From an uncultured Deinococcaceae bacterium (GTDB lineage Bacteria; Deinococcota; Deinococci; Deinococcales; Deinococcaceae), in NCBI GenBank assembly GCA_964252075.1, contig CAXULY010000021.1, positions 1 through 64,000 of the forward strand: a stretch of 64,000 bases of DNA. Direction: 5' to 3'. Within the stretch, counting starts at the first letter, position 1; each line of letters begins with the position of its first letter. Made by a program: the position numbers and the translations under genes. This document shows, piece after piece, positions 49,114 to 58,896 of the stretch. The notes under the pieces are model-generated. The model saw nothing but the letters and a program-made list of their open reading frames with translations. It ran no database searches and was not told the DNA's origin.

Positions 49114-50579
49114 TGTTTGAACTCGGAAGCGAAGTCCTCGGGGGCAGCCACAACGGCATCAGCACCTACGAGCAGTGGGAGGCCTTCAGCAAGGCCGTGC
49201 AGACCAGCAGCTACGAAACCGACCACGCCGAACTGACTGGCATGAGCGCCCTGCGCATCCAGTCCCTGGAGGCCACGCTGCGCAGCGTCGTCGCGAGCGA
49301 CAACGACTTCACGTTCTTCAACCGCCTGAAGCGCGAGGCCGTCGTGAGCGCCGTGCACGAGTTCAACGTCCAGACCAGCCGCGGCGGTCAGGTGGACGGC
49401 ATGAACATCGGTGAGCTCGGCGACGTGCAGTTCGACGTGGGCGACTACCAGCGCGTCATCAACCGCATCAAGCTGTTCGCGACGGGCGCGCAGGTCGGGC
49501 ACTTCGCGAGCAGCCAGACCCTCACCGGCCCGCAGCTCATCAGCCGCGAGAACACCAACGCGGTCGTGCGCATCGCGAACGCCGTGGAGCGCGCCAGCTG
49601 GCACGCGAACTCCGCGTACAGCCCCAACAAGATCGACGGGTTCTTCGCGCAGCTGGAGAACTTCCAGGGCGGCAAGTACATCATTGACCTGAAGGGCACC
49701 AGCGACATTGACGTGTTCCGCCAGGCGCTCTTCCAGGCGAACGCGGACGTGCGGCAGCCCGGCAGCTTCGGCAAGCTGACGGACTTCTACACCGACATGT
49801 ACATGCAGAACGACCTGGACAACCTGCTGTTCCCGCAGTTCCGCGTGCAGATGGACAGCAACCCCAACGCCCTCACGCTGGGCGCGCCCGTCTCGGGCAT
49901 CAAGACCAGCTACGGGGTGCTGAAGGCGAACACCTCCATCTGGATGAACAACGCCGCGAACACCCAGCCGCAGGTCGTGCAGCTGCACGGCAAGGTGCCG
50001 GACAGCGTGCCCGCCAAGCCCACCCTGACGCTCGCCAGCGTGAACACCCCGGCGGGCGGCGCGGACGGCTGGACCAGCGCGCGCGCCGGCACCTTCTACG
50101 GCGCCATCGCGTACGTCGACGCGGACGGCCGCGAGGGCATCCCGAGCGACATCGTGAGCGCCACCGTCGCGGCGGGCAACGGCCTGTCGTGGTCCGGCGC
50201 GCGCGGCACGGGCGGCGCCACGCCGACCGCCGCGCGCCTGTACCGCAGCATGCAGACGCCCGGCAGCGCCCCCACGCTCGCGGACCTGCGCCTCGTGTGC
50301 GAGGTGCCCGTCGCGCTGGACGGCACCTTCACGTACGTGGACGTCAACCAGAACATCCCCGGCAGCAGCCACGCGGCGGCCATGAACTTCGTGCCGGGCA
50401 GCATCCAGTGGCTCCAGATGCGCCCCATCACGCAGTTCCCGCTGTTCCCCACGGCGAAGCTCGTGAAGCCCTGGGCGGTCGTGCTGTACGGCGCGCTGCA
50501 GCTGGGCCTCCCGCAGCACCACCGCGGCTTCAAGGGCTACATCCCCAAGGACGCGCCCTGGCGCCCCTTCAAGAACTGA
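49110..50579 (+). CDS. Major capsid protein
   Basis: FSKAVQTSSYETD...ALRIQSLEATL N-terminus resembles Herelleviridae-like capsid proteins; very biased codons; followed by a terminator. Confidence 0.8.
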   Translation: MMFELGSEVLGGSHNGISTYEQWEAFSKAVQTSSYETDHAELTGMSALRIQSLEATLRSVVASDNDFTFFNRLKREAVVSAVHEFNVQTSRGGQVDGMNIGELGDVQFDVGDYQRVINRIKLFATGAQVGHFASSQTLTGPQLISRENTNAVVRIANAVERASWHANSAYSPNKIDGFFAQLENFQGGKYIIDLKGTSDIDVFRQALFQANADVRQPGSFGKLTDFYTDMYMQNDLDNLLFPQFRVQMDSNPNALTLGAPVSGIKTSYGVLKANTSIWMNNAANTQPQVVQLHGKVPDSVPAKPTLTLASVNTPAGGADGWTSARAGTFYGAIAYVDADGREGIPSDIVSATVAAGNGLSWSGARGTGGATPTAARLYRSMQTPGSAPTLADLRLVCEVPVALDGTFTYVDVNQNIPGSSHAAAMNFVPGSIQWLQMRPITQFPLFPTAKLVKPWAVVLYGALQLGLPQHHRGFKGYIPKDAPWRPFKN

Positions 50580-50596
50580 GCCCCACCCGCTCCACC

Positions 50597-50624
50597 GCGC
50601 GCCCCCACGGGGGCGCGTTTTTTT
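50597..50624 (+). terminator. Intrinsic terminator after the capsid gene
   Basis: CGCGCCCCC-AC-GGGGGCGCG-TTTTTTT. Confidence 0.75.
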
Positions 50625-50673
50625 GACCCCCCGCGAGGCGACTCAGGATGCGGGGCATGTCGAAAGGAGCACC

Positions 50674-51351
50674 ATGCAGATAATCAGTCGCCACAACGCC
50701 CACCGCCAGCAGCTGCACAGCGGGGAGCGCGTCGTCATCAACGGCATCGCGTTCATCGCGGGTCAGCGCGGCGAGCCGACCGCGTTCAACGTCACGGGCG
50801 CGCAGACGGAGCTGTTCCTCGGGGTGGACGGGTACGACTTCTACCACGACGACGGTTCGTACAGCGGCCCGAGCCTGAAGGAAGCGCCGCTGGCCGAGCC
50901 GACCGTCGAGACCGTCAGCGAGGCCGAAGCGCGCGCCGCGACCGCGAAGGCCGCCGATCAGGCGTACACCGAGGCGCAGATCATCGAGCAGATCCGCTCG
51001 GGCACCATGAGCCCCGCGGTGCGCGCGGCGCTGGAGGCGCACGTGCCGGTCATCACGACGAGCGCGCCCACCACGCCCAGCGGCCTGATCGTGCCGGCCG
51101 ACGTGGTGAGCGCCGCGCCGAAAGCCGAGGTGCCCAGCGCGCCCGCCGCGCAGGCGGCCAGCCCGGCGGCTGAGCCTGCCGCGCCGTTCGATTACACCGA
51201 CGAGGCCGCCGTGGGCGCGCTGTCCCGCACGGACCTCATCACGCTCGCGAAGGCGGACGGCCTCAGCACCGCCAACACCACCAGCAACGCCGACCTCGTG
51301 GCCTTCATCGTGAAGGCCGCGCAGGACAAGGCCGCGCAGCCCCAGCAGTAA
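50674..51351 (+). CDS. Putative virion-associated protein
   Basis: SD AAGGAG; small C-terminal helical module. Confidence 0.55.
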   Translation: MQIISRHNAHRQQLHSGERVVINGIAFIAGQRGEPTAFNVTGAQTELFLGVDGYDFYHDDGSYSGPSLKEAPLAEPTVETVSEAEARAATAKAADQAYTEAQIIEQIRSGTMSPAVRAALEAHVPVITTSAPTTPSGLIVPADVVSAAPKAEVPSAPAAQAASPAAEPAAPFDYTDEAAVGALSRTDLITLAKADGLSTANTTSNADLVAFIVKAAQDKAAQPQQ

Positions 51352-51391
51352 GCGCGCGCGACCCCCTGCCCCCGACCTCATGGTCGGGGGC

Positions 51392-52201
51392 ATGACTTTT
51401 GAACCCAGTGAACTGAAGGCGCTGTTCCTGCGGGACCTGCCGATGGTGGACGCCAAGGGGCGTCCCCTGGCGGACGCCGTGATCGCGCAGCGCATCCAGG
51501 CGACCGTCGCGGCGTTCGAGCGCAAGCACGCCGTGAGCCTCACGCGCGTCACGGTCCGCATGGGCAGCGCCGAGCTGCCGGGCGTGACGGTCCCGCCCGG
51601 CGCCCGGATGTTCGACGCGCGCGATTACGACCCGCGCGGCTTCGAGGACGACCGCTGGGTGAGCCTGCGCCTGCCGCTCGGCCCGGTCCGCTCGGACGCG
51701 GACGTGCTGGCCGTGGGGCTCCGGCTGCCCGGGCAGTCGCAGGTGAGCGTGTGGAGCAAGGACTGGGTGCAGGTCTCCCCGCAGGACCGCCTCATCCGCA
51801 TCTACCCGCAGGGGCGCTTCCTGAACTTCCAGCCGCTCCTCGCGACGAGCATCGGGCTGGGCCTGCTGGGTGGCACGCGCATCATTCCGGGCGCGTGGCA
51901 GGTGCTGTACGTCGCCGGGTACAGCGACGCGGACCTCGCGGGCAAGGACGCGGACGTGCGAAACGCCGTCGGGATGCTCGCGGCGGTCAACGTGCTGGTG
52001 CCGGGCAGCATCGATCAGTACCTCGCGGCGGGCGTCGCGGGCCTCAGCGCGAGCGTGGACGGCCTCAGCAACAGCACGCAGCTCATGCAGAACCCGAACG
52101 CCCTGAAGTACGCCGCGCTCGCCGCGCAGTACGCGGACGCCGTGGCGGCGTGGGAGAAGACCTTCGAGGCGCGCAAGGGCGTGCTGTTCGGGGCGGTGTG
52201 A
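51392..52201 (+). CDS. Head-tail adaptor-like protein
   Basis: Position after the capsid gene; VLYVAGY and SASVDGLS motifs. Confidence 0.6.
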   Translation: MTFEPSELKALFLRDLPMVDAKGRPLADAVIAQRIQATVAAFERKHAVSLTRVTVRMGSAELPGVTVPPGARMFDARDYDPRGFEDDRWVSLRLPLGPVRSDADVLAVGLRLPGQSQVSVWSKDWVQVSPQDRLIRIYPQGRFLNFQPLLATSIGLGLLGGTRIIPGAWQVLYVAGYSDADLAGKDADVRNAVGMLAAVNVLVPGSIDQYLAAGVAGLSASVDGLSNSTQLMQNPNALKYAALAAQYADAVAAWEKTFEARKGVLFGAV

Positions 52202-52202
52202 C

Positions 52203-53132
52203 GTGACGGAACTCATTCAGGACGAACTGCGCGAGGCTCGCTTCAACGACCTGCTGAACGGGCACGTCAGCACCCGCATCGCGTACCTGCGCGCGGAGCC
52301 GTGCCCGAACTGGAACTGGGAGCGCGGCGCGCCCGCGAGTCCCTGCCCGCTGTGCGGCGGCCTCGGGTACCTCTACACGAACCCCGTGACGCCCGCACTG
52401 CGCGAGGTGGAACTCACGCGCGCGCCGGACCCCAGCATGCCGGAGCGCGAACGCCTGCCCAGCATGGGTGAGGTGCTGGGCATCGTGGACGAGGACGGGC
52501 GCGCGTACCCGCCGGAGGGCGTCACGGTCCTGCCGGACGGCACGGTCCGCTGGGACGCCAGCGACCGCCCCGCCGACTACGCGCTCTACACGGTCACGCT
52601 CCGCACGCAGCTGGAGCTCCGCGCGGGTGTGCAGAACGTCATGGCGCGCAAGGAGTACCAGGCGCGCGGCGAGGTGGACGTGCTGGACCTCAGCATGACG
52701 ATTCCGCGCCACCTGCCGGACGGCGTGACGCTCAACCCAGCGTGGGACGTGTGGGAGCAGGACCGCTTCATCCTGCTCGACCAGTGGCGCCGTTACGGGC
52801 AGACGCTGCGGCGCGGGTTCGCGGACGCCCTGACGTACCGCCACGTGCGCGACGTGCAGGTGAAAGCCTACGAGAACGGCGCGGCCGTGCCGTACCAAGA
52901 GGGTGATGCCTTCACGGTGGAGGACGGGAAGATCGTGTGGGCGCCGGGCGGCGGGCCGCCCAGGGGCACCAGTTACGCCGTGACGGCGCAGATGAACCCG
53001 GAGTACTACGCGTTCCTGGCGCTCCCGCAGACGCGCCAGCAGGACGGCAAGCCGCTGCCGCGCCGCGTGCTGCTGCGCGGCATGGAGAAGCACCCGAACC
53101 TCAAGCCCACCCTGCCGGTCCCGACGCGCTGA
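52203..53132 (+). CDS. Neck/head-closure-like protein
   Basis: PCP...PCPLCGGLGYLY; position in the neck module. Confidence 0.55.
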   Translation: MTELIQDELREARFNDLLNGHVSTRIAYLRAEPCPNWNWERGAPASPCPLCGGLGYLYTNPVTPALREVELTRAPDPSMPERERLPSMGEVLGIVDEDGRAYPPEGVTVLPDGTVRWDASDRPADYALYTVTLRTQLELRAGVQNVMARKEYQARGEVDVLDLSMTIPRHLPDGVTLNPAWDVWEQDRFILLDQWRRYGQTLRRGFADALTYRHVRDVQVKAYENGAAVPYQEGDAFTVEDGKIVWAPGGGPPRGTSYAVTAQMNPEYYAFLALPQTRQQDGKPLPRRVLLRGMEKHPNLKPTLPVPTR

Positions 53133-53971
53133 TGCATTACCGGGTGGAGGTGGGGCTCGGCCTGACGGGCGCGCTGGAGGCGCTGCTGGCGGACAGCGTG
53201 GCGGACGCGCGCGCGCTCTTCCCGAATCAGGCGCGCGCCATTCAGGGCCTCGCGCAGCTCACGCAGCGCCGCTGGCTGGAGTACGCGTCGGGCGCCCGCC
53301 CGCTCGGCACGGGCCAGCTGCACAGCGCGACGGGCGCTTACCTGTCCAGCATCAAGATCGAGGAGGAGGGCGCGCTGCGGTACGTGATCTACAGCGACGA
53401 CCCGAAGGCGGCGTTCATCGAGGAGGGCTTCCCGAGCTTTGACCTGAAGAAGATGCTCGCCACGTCGCACAAGGCGCGCACCACGAAAGACGGGCGCAAG
53501 TACCTGGTGGTGCCGTTCCGGCACAAGATGCCGAGCGCGGGCGCGCTGGGCGTCGTGATGCCGCAGGAGGCGCAGCAGTGGTGGCTCGCGCAGGACCGCC
53601 GCTCCAGCGTCGTGACGGGCCATTACCGTGAGCGCAGCGTGCAGGACGGCGTGACGCCTGTGACGCGCAACACCTACCAGTGGGGCGACCGCATGACGCG
53701 CGCGGACGTGCAGGGCATGGGGTTGGAGCCGGACAGCGCGCTCGGGAGTCGCCTCGTCGGGATGGTGCGCTTCCAGCACAACGAGGACCGCGGCGGGAGC
53801 TACGTGACGTTCCGCGTGATGGTGGAGGGCGGCAAGGGCTGGCTGGTGCCCGCGCGGGCGGGGCAGTGGCCGGCGCGCGCGGCGTTCGAGTGGGCGCAGG
53901 GGCAGTACGAGGCCCTGATGCGGGTGGCGCTGGAGGAGGACGTGCGGCGCCTCGGTGGGACGGTCAGCTGA
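53132..53971 (+). CDS. Neck/tail-completion-like protein
   Basis: TGAYLSSI, IEEGFPSFDLK, YLVVPFRH, YVTFR. Confidence 0.55.
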   Translation: MHYRVEVGLGLTGALEALLADSVADARALFPNQARAIQGLAQLTQRRWLEYASGARPLGTGQLHSATGAYLSSIKIEEEGALRYVIYSDDPKAAFIEEGFPSFDLKKMLATSHKARTTKDGRKYLVVPFRHKMPSAGALGVVMPQEAQQWWLAQDRRSSVVTGHYRERSVQDGVTPVTRNTYQWGDRMTRADVQGMGLEPDSALGSRLVGMVRFQHNEDRGGSYVTFRVMVEGGKGWLVPARAGQWPARAAFEWAQGQYEALMRVALEEDVRRLGGTVS

Positions 53972-53980
53972 CAAGCTGAC

Positions 53981-54009
53981 TTGAAAGTTTGCTGACTTAC
54001 CTGTAATTT
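53981..54009 (+). promoter_or_regulatory. Sigma70-type promoter of accessory operon 3
   Basis: TTGAAA-17-TAATTT. Confidence 0.7.
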
Positions 54010-54038
54010 GTAAATTACAAGTGACAGAGAGGACAGCC

Positions 54039-54287
54039 ATGTTGCACCACGAAATCACCCGCACCCACGTCGTCCGCCTCACCATCGCGGAGCGCCTCCG
54101 CGTGCTGCTCGGCGCGCACATCGCCGTGCGCTTCCACACCACCACCACCGTCTGCCAGGACGCCGCCGGGCACGTCATGTACCCGCGCGCCCTCACCAAC
54201 AGCACCACACAGGAGGTCTTCACGCCCACCCGCAACGACCGCCACTTCACCGGCCTGCTGGCCGACCAAAAGGAGCTGAAGTCATGA
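54039..54287 (+). CDS. Hypothetical protein
   Basis: SD GAGGA. Confidence 0.55.
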   Translation: MLHHEITRTHVVRLTIAERLRVLLGAHIAVRFHTTTTVCQDAAGHVMYPRALTNSTTQEVFTPTRNDRHFTGLLADQKELKS

Positions 54288-54826
54288 TGAACGCCCCCCT
54301 GCCCCTCAAAGACCTCGCCCTGAAAGCCCTCGCGGACGCCGAACAGCAGGCCGCTGACGCCAAGCGCATCGTGGAGCAGCAGCGGGCCTTTATGGAGCCG
54401 ACCTACCGCAACCGCCTGACCGACCGCCTCCTGCAAGAAGTCGTGAACACCCTGTACTTCGAGCCGGACATGAGCGCCGTGGGGTTCATTGAGCACGATC
54501 AGCGGTGGGAGCGCTTATCGCGCGCGTACGTCGAGGCGCAGCCCGGAGTGATCGTGCAGGTGAACGCCCTGACGCCGTACGTGCTTGCGGAGGGCATCCC
54601 TTTGTGCCTGTGGAACGGCGGGGACCCGGACATGGACAAGCTGAGGTTGTGCGCCCTCACGCTCAGCGAAGAGAGTCCGCGCGATGCGGAAGCCCTGGAG
54701 CTCACCGACCTCCCCGCCCTGGGCCGCCTCATCCGCGACGGGGTGACGTGGGCTGACCCTTCGCGCCTCATCGTGACCGAGTTGGGCACCGGCTTGGGCT
54801 TCCTCACCCTGAAGGGCGAAGCGTGA
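54284..54826 (+). CDS. Hypothetical protein
   Basis: SD AGGAG; coupled ORF. Confidence 0.6.
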   Translation: MMNAPLPLKDLALKALADAEQQAADAKRIVEQQRAFMEPTYRNRLTDRLLQEVVNTLYFEPDMSAVGFIEHDQRWERLSRAYVEAQPGVIVQVNALTPYVLAEGIPLCLWNGGDPDMDKLRLCALTLSEESPRDAEALELTDLPALGRLIRDGVTWADPSRLIVTELGTGLGFLTLKGEA

Positions 54827-55806
54827 GCCCGCGCCTCACCGACGAGCAGGTGCGCGCCCTCCAGCAGAACGCCACGCCCGGCCCGTGGCGGCGCGGCACC
54901 ACGCGGACCTACGCCATCTTCTCCGAGCACCACCCGGAGCCCATGTACGCCGCCCTCGCCACGGTGCCGCACCTGAGCGCCGACCTGATACCCCTGGACG
55001 CGATTGACGTGGAGAACGCGCGCCTCATCGCCGCCGCGCCGGACCTCGCGGCGGACCTGCTGGAGGCGCGCTCCGCCACCTACCACGCGTTCGTGCAGGG
55101 CGCGAAGTGGTGGGAGTGGCACAAGACCGGCGGCACCATGTTCCAGAGCGACCAGCGTTTGGCCGAGTTCGCCGCGGAGGAACGCTACCCGTACGCGCCG
55201 CACCAGCTGGTGGCCGCCATGCAGGCCGAGCGGGACGAGGCGCGCGCGCAGCTGGAGGCGCTCACGGGCCAGGTGCAGCGGGTGGAGATGGTGGCCGCCG
55301 CACTTGAGGAACACGGGTTTCAATCGGAAGCCGCTGGCTTCATCCGCCGCGCGCTCTTGCCGAAGAGTGACCCCCTGAGCCTCGCCGCCGCCCTGGAGGT
55401 AGGTCGTCCCCCCACCGCAGCCGACGTGCCGAAGGGGCCGCATTGGACATGGCCGTGGCGTACGCGCGAGGTGGACGGCGTGACATACGTGTGCCGGGAG
55501 TTCATTGAGCGGGTTGCGGAGGAACGCGGAGTGCGGTTGAGCCTGAACATGAGTCGCAACATGCGCGTGTGCTGGCTGAACGTCATGCCCGCGTCCCAGC
55601 CGCCGGAAGAGTGGGTGTACGTGGCGCTCGAAGACGTGCGCCGCATCCTCGCGCAGGAGCGCGCAGCCTGGCAGGCGGTCGAAGGGGACGCGCTGAGCGT
55701 CAGTGCGCGCACCGTGACGGACGAGGAGCTTGAAGCCGTCTCGGAGGAAATCCACGAGGAGTACGGCGGGGTGTTCCAGCGCATCCGCGACGAGCTGGGG
55801 GACTGA
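54823..55806 (+). CDS. Ead/Ea22-like phage protein
   Basis: ATPGPW...NARLIAAAPDL. Confidence 0.6.
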   Translation: MSPRLTDEQVRALQQNATPGPWRRGTTRTYAIFSEHHPEPMYAALATVPHLSADLIPLDAIDVENARLIAAAPDLAADLLEARSATYHAFVQGAKWWEWHKTGGTMFQSDQRLAEFAAEERYPYAPHQLVAAMQAERDEARAQLEALTGQVQRVEMVAAALEEHGFQSEAAGFIRRALLPKSDPLSLAAALEVGRPPTAADVPKGPHWTWPWRTREVDGVTYVCREFIERVAEERGVRLSLNMSRNMRVCWLNVMPASQPPEEWVYVALEDVRRILAQERAAWQAVEGDALSVSARTVTDEELEAVSEEIHEEYGGVFQRIRDELGD

Positions 55807-55809
55807 GCC

Positions 55810-56019
55810 ATGCCCGAGCGGAAGAAGCGCCCCACCGCGTTCACGCGCGCCTGGACGCAGGGCGCGGCGTGCGCGGCGGCCACCCTGATGCGCACGCACG
55901 GGGAGAGCTCCATGGCGCGCGACTTGGTGAAGGAGCTGAACCTGACCCGCGAGGAGTGCGCGCTGCACGGCGTACACGAGAACGACGTTGAGGCGCTTGC
56001 GCCGCTGTGGGAGGACTGA
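55810..56019 (+). CDS. Small hypothetical protein
   Basis: ORF in the operon. Confidence 0.5.
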   Translation: MPERKKRPTAFTRAWTQGAACAAATLMRTHGESSMARDLVKELNLTREECALHGVHENDVEALAPLWED

Positions 56020-56021
56020 AG

Positions 56022-56483
56022 ATGACGTATACCGTTTACCTTGCTGGACCGATCAAAGGCTTGCTATACGACGTGGCGACTACATGGCGCGAGGAGTTCA
56101 AGCGCGCGCTTGACCCGCGCATCACGGCGCTCAGCCCGATGCGCGGCAAGGAGTACCTGCTGGGCACGCAGCCCATCGCGGACGCGTACAGCGAGCACGT
56201 GCTCAGCACCGGCAAGGCCATCGTGTCGCGCGACTCGTTCGATGTGCGGCGCGCGGACGTGCTGGTGGTGAATCTGCTGGGGGCGGCGCAGGTCAGCATC
56301 GGCACGATGTTCGAGCTGGCGTGGGCGCACCAACAGCACACGCCCATCGTGCTGGTGATGGAGCCGGGCAACGTGCACGATCATGCGTTCGTGCGTGAGG
56401 TGGCGACGTTCCGGATGGACACGCTGGAGCAGGCGCGCGCGGTCGCGGAGCACATCCTGTTGCCGGACCACGTGGGGCAGTAG
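56022..56483 (+). CDS. Nucleoside 2-deoxyribosyltransferase-like protein
   Basis: VYLAGPI, D..DVRRADVLVVNL, SIGTMFELAWA. Confidence 0.85.
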   Translation: MTYTVYLAGPIKGLLYDVATTWREEFKRALDPRITALSPMRGKEYLLGTQPIADAYSEHVLSTGKAIVSRDSFDVRRADVLVVNLLGAAQVSIGTMFELAWAHQQHTPIVLVMEPGNVHDHAFVREVATFRMDTLEQARAVAEHILLPDHVGQ

Positions 56484-56583
56484 CGCCCCACGTCTATTTT
56501 TGATAACAGCGATTATCAAAAGGCCGCTGGACACCCCAGCGGCCTTTTGTGGGCTTAGGCTCGTCATGAAAAGGAGGACCGTC

Positions 56584-56859
56584 ATGAGGCACCGTTGGGG
56601 ACCGCTCACGCCGGAAGCCGAGCAGGCGTTCACGCTCGGACTGGACGAGGCCGCCCGTCAATGCGTCGTCTGCGGGCTGATTCGACGCTCATCGGAGGGA
56701 CAGCCGCTCTATCAGGTGGTGCGGCGGGGGAAGTTGCGGCGCCTGCTCGCGCACGATGACAAGGGTGGGCTTTTCCAGCGGCTCCCCGCCTGCAGGCCTG
56801 AGCGGAAGGTGTACGAGAGTGGTCACGTGCTGCGGGAGTTCCCGCCGCCCACGCCTTAA
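56584..56859 (+). CDS. Small hypothetical protein
   Basis: SD AGGAGG; CVVC. Confidence 0.5.
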   Translation: MRHRWGPLTPEAEQAFTLGLDEAARQCVVCGLIRRSSEGQPLYQVVRRGKLRRLLAHDDKGGLFQRLPACRPERKVYESGHVLREFPPPTP

Positions 56860-56982
56860 TCGAGAAAACAAATGTTAAAAGGCGGGGCGCCCAACCGGGC
56901 GCCCCGCCTTCCTGTGTGCCCTGGACCCTCAGCGCGCCGCCGAGGCCCCTTCACGGCCTTCCTGTGCGGGGGCTCGGCGGGT

Positions 56983-57624
56983 TCACTTCAGCAGCCCGAA
57001 GATTTTGCGCGCACGCGCCGCCAGCGTGAACTTGCCTGACAGGTCAGTGTCCGCGTCCAGCGCCAGCAGCTGACCATCATTCACGTACCCCACCCGCTCG
57101 TAGCGACCATCGGCCATCAGGTACGCCTCACCGCTGAACCCCACCTGACCTTCCTGACTGTAGCCGGACAGGTAGAGGGTGCCGCGCCCCGCCTTATCCC
57201 GCAAGGCCACGATCAGGTGCAGGCCCATGACGGCATTTGACGCGCTGACCCCCTCACGCCTCCACGCCTCGGTCGCGGCGTTCCGCCGCACCTCACCCAA
57301 CCAGTACAGGTAGTAGTGGAAGTAGCTGGGCCACACCTCGTTCGAGAGGGTGAGGCCTTCAGGGTACGCCTTGCGGTCGAAGACGGCGTTGAAGATCAGG
57401 AACCCGCCGTCCGCCTCGGCGGTGATGTTGCAGCCGCAGTCTTTGACGTAGCGCGCCTCGCGCTTGTCGGTGTAGTTGAGGTAGTTGGGGTTCACCTGCT
57501 GCACCGCCGCCGAGAGGTACGCCTTGTAGTTGCTGCCCAGACCGTTGCTGTGGAAATTCACCACGCTGCCCGCGCTGGCCGCCCCGCACAGCGCCAGGGC
57601 GAGTGCCCATGCCTTCATGCTCAT
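56983..57624 (-). CDS. Exported protein (antisense moron)
   Basis: MSMKAWALALALCGAASA signal peptide; TACCCT -10 box directly before the start. Confidence 0.7.
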   Translation of the reverse strand: MSMKAWALALALCGAASAGSVVNFHSNGLGSNYKAYLSAAVQQVNPNYLNYTDKREARYVKDCGCNITAEADGGFLIFNAVFDRKAYPEGLTLSNEVWPSYFHYYLYWLGEVRRNAATEAWRREGVSASNAVMGLHLIVALRDKAGRGTLYLSGYSQEGQVGFSGEAYLMADGRYERVGYVNDGQLLALDADTDLSGKFTLAARARKIFGLLK

Positions 57625-57702
57625 GTGCCTAGGGTAGCGGTTGCCCGGCGCGCCAAACGGCGCAATCTCGCGCCCCCCGGCGCCGTCGTCAGGATGCGCC
57701 GC

Positions 57703-58587
57703 ATGATCGCTCCTTTCCAGGCCATCCCAGCGCCGAGCGGCGGCGCCGTGAAGCTCATCCTCGGGCACGTGGGCGACCTCGCCGCGCTCATCCTCGCGAC
57801 CAACGCGCCCACCCCGCCGGACTCCGTGACGCGCGCGGGCGCCCGCGTGGTGCACCAGGGCCGCGTGCGGCTGCGCGAGAACAGCAACCCGCACGCCCCG
57901 CGCTTCTACGTGATGGACCTCAATACGGACGCCCTGCCGGACGGCGAGGTGGTGTACTACCACGCCTTCGAGCAGCTGCCGGACGGCACGCACCGCCCCG
58001 CCGTCACGGTGTCGTGCACGCCCCGCTGCCTCCGACAGGCGGTCGTGCTGCTCATGCGGGACCTCGTGAAGCCCCGGTTGCGCTACCACCTCACGCGCGG
58101 CATCCACGAGGGCGCCCTCACGGACTGGTTCCAGGGCAACCCCGTGCAGGTGTTCGAGCAGGAGGTGCGCGCGCAGGGCGTGCCGCTGCCCGCCATCTTC
58201 ATCAAGGAAACCGCGACGCCCGCGCCGGACGCCGAAACCATCGGCAAGGCGGGCGGGGAGTACCTGGAGCTGGACGGCACCGCCACGCGCGAGTACCGCC
58301 ACGCCTTCAACACGCGCGTCGACGTGCTGCTGCTGTGCGGCAACGCGGTGGACCGCGCGCAGCTCGAGCAGTACGTGGAGGGCGCGCTCCTTCAGGACCT
58401 CGATTACTACCAGCACGGCGGCATCGAGAACCCGCAGGTGTCGCGCTTCCCGCGGCACGACCTGGATGACGGCGGCGCGGAGTACTACACGTGCGAGTTC
58501 ACCCTGCAGGGCACGACGTACGCGCGCGTGGTGGAGACCCTCACGTGGGGCGTCACGGACAACCGCAGCGAGGGGCGCCACCAGTGA
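57703..58587 (+). CDS. Tail terminator-like structural protein
   Basis: Late-promoter motif; LPAIFI; position before the sheath gene. Confidence 0.55.
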   Translation: MIAPFQAIPAPSGGAVKLILGHVGDLAALILATNAPTPPDSVTRAGARVVHQGRVRLRENSNPHAPRFYVMDLNTDALPDGEVVYYHAFEQLPDGTHRPAVTVSCTPRCLRQAVVLLMRDLVKPRLRYHLTRGIHEGALTDWFQGNPVQVFEQEVRAQGVPLPAIFIKETATPAPDAETIGKAGGEYLELDGTATREYRHAFNTRVDVLLLCGNAVDRAQLEQYVEGALLQDLDYYQHGGIENPQVSRFPRHDLDDGGAEYYTCEFTLQGTTYARVVETLTWGVTDNRSEGRHQ

Positions 58588-58638
58588 GGGCCGCGCGACC
58601 CCCCGCGCGGGACCTCAACGTGCCGGGCGGAGGAAGCA

Positions 58639-58896
58639 ATGGCTGATGAATCGAAAGGCAAGGGGGTCGTGAGCCCCACGCCGGACACCCCGACCGCCCC
58701 GCAGAACAGCGGCCCGGCCACCCCGCCGGACGCCGCACCCACCACCGAGCCGCGCCTCGCCCTCTCGCGCTTCCTGGCGACCGAGCCGGGCGTGCGCCCC
58801 GTAACGCGCACCATCCTCACCAAGGTCTTCGGGGACGAGAAGCACACCGCGAGCGAGTGGCGCGCGCTCGTGCAGCAGAACCGGGGGAATGAATGA
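58639..58896 (+). CDS. Small protein preceding the sheath gene
   Basis: SD GGAGG; ATGA-coupled to the sheath gene. Confidence 0.6.
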   Translation: MADESKGKGVVSPTPDTPTAPQNSGPATPPDAAPTTEPRLALSRFLATEPGVRPVTRTILTKVFGDEKHTASEWRALVQQNRGNE

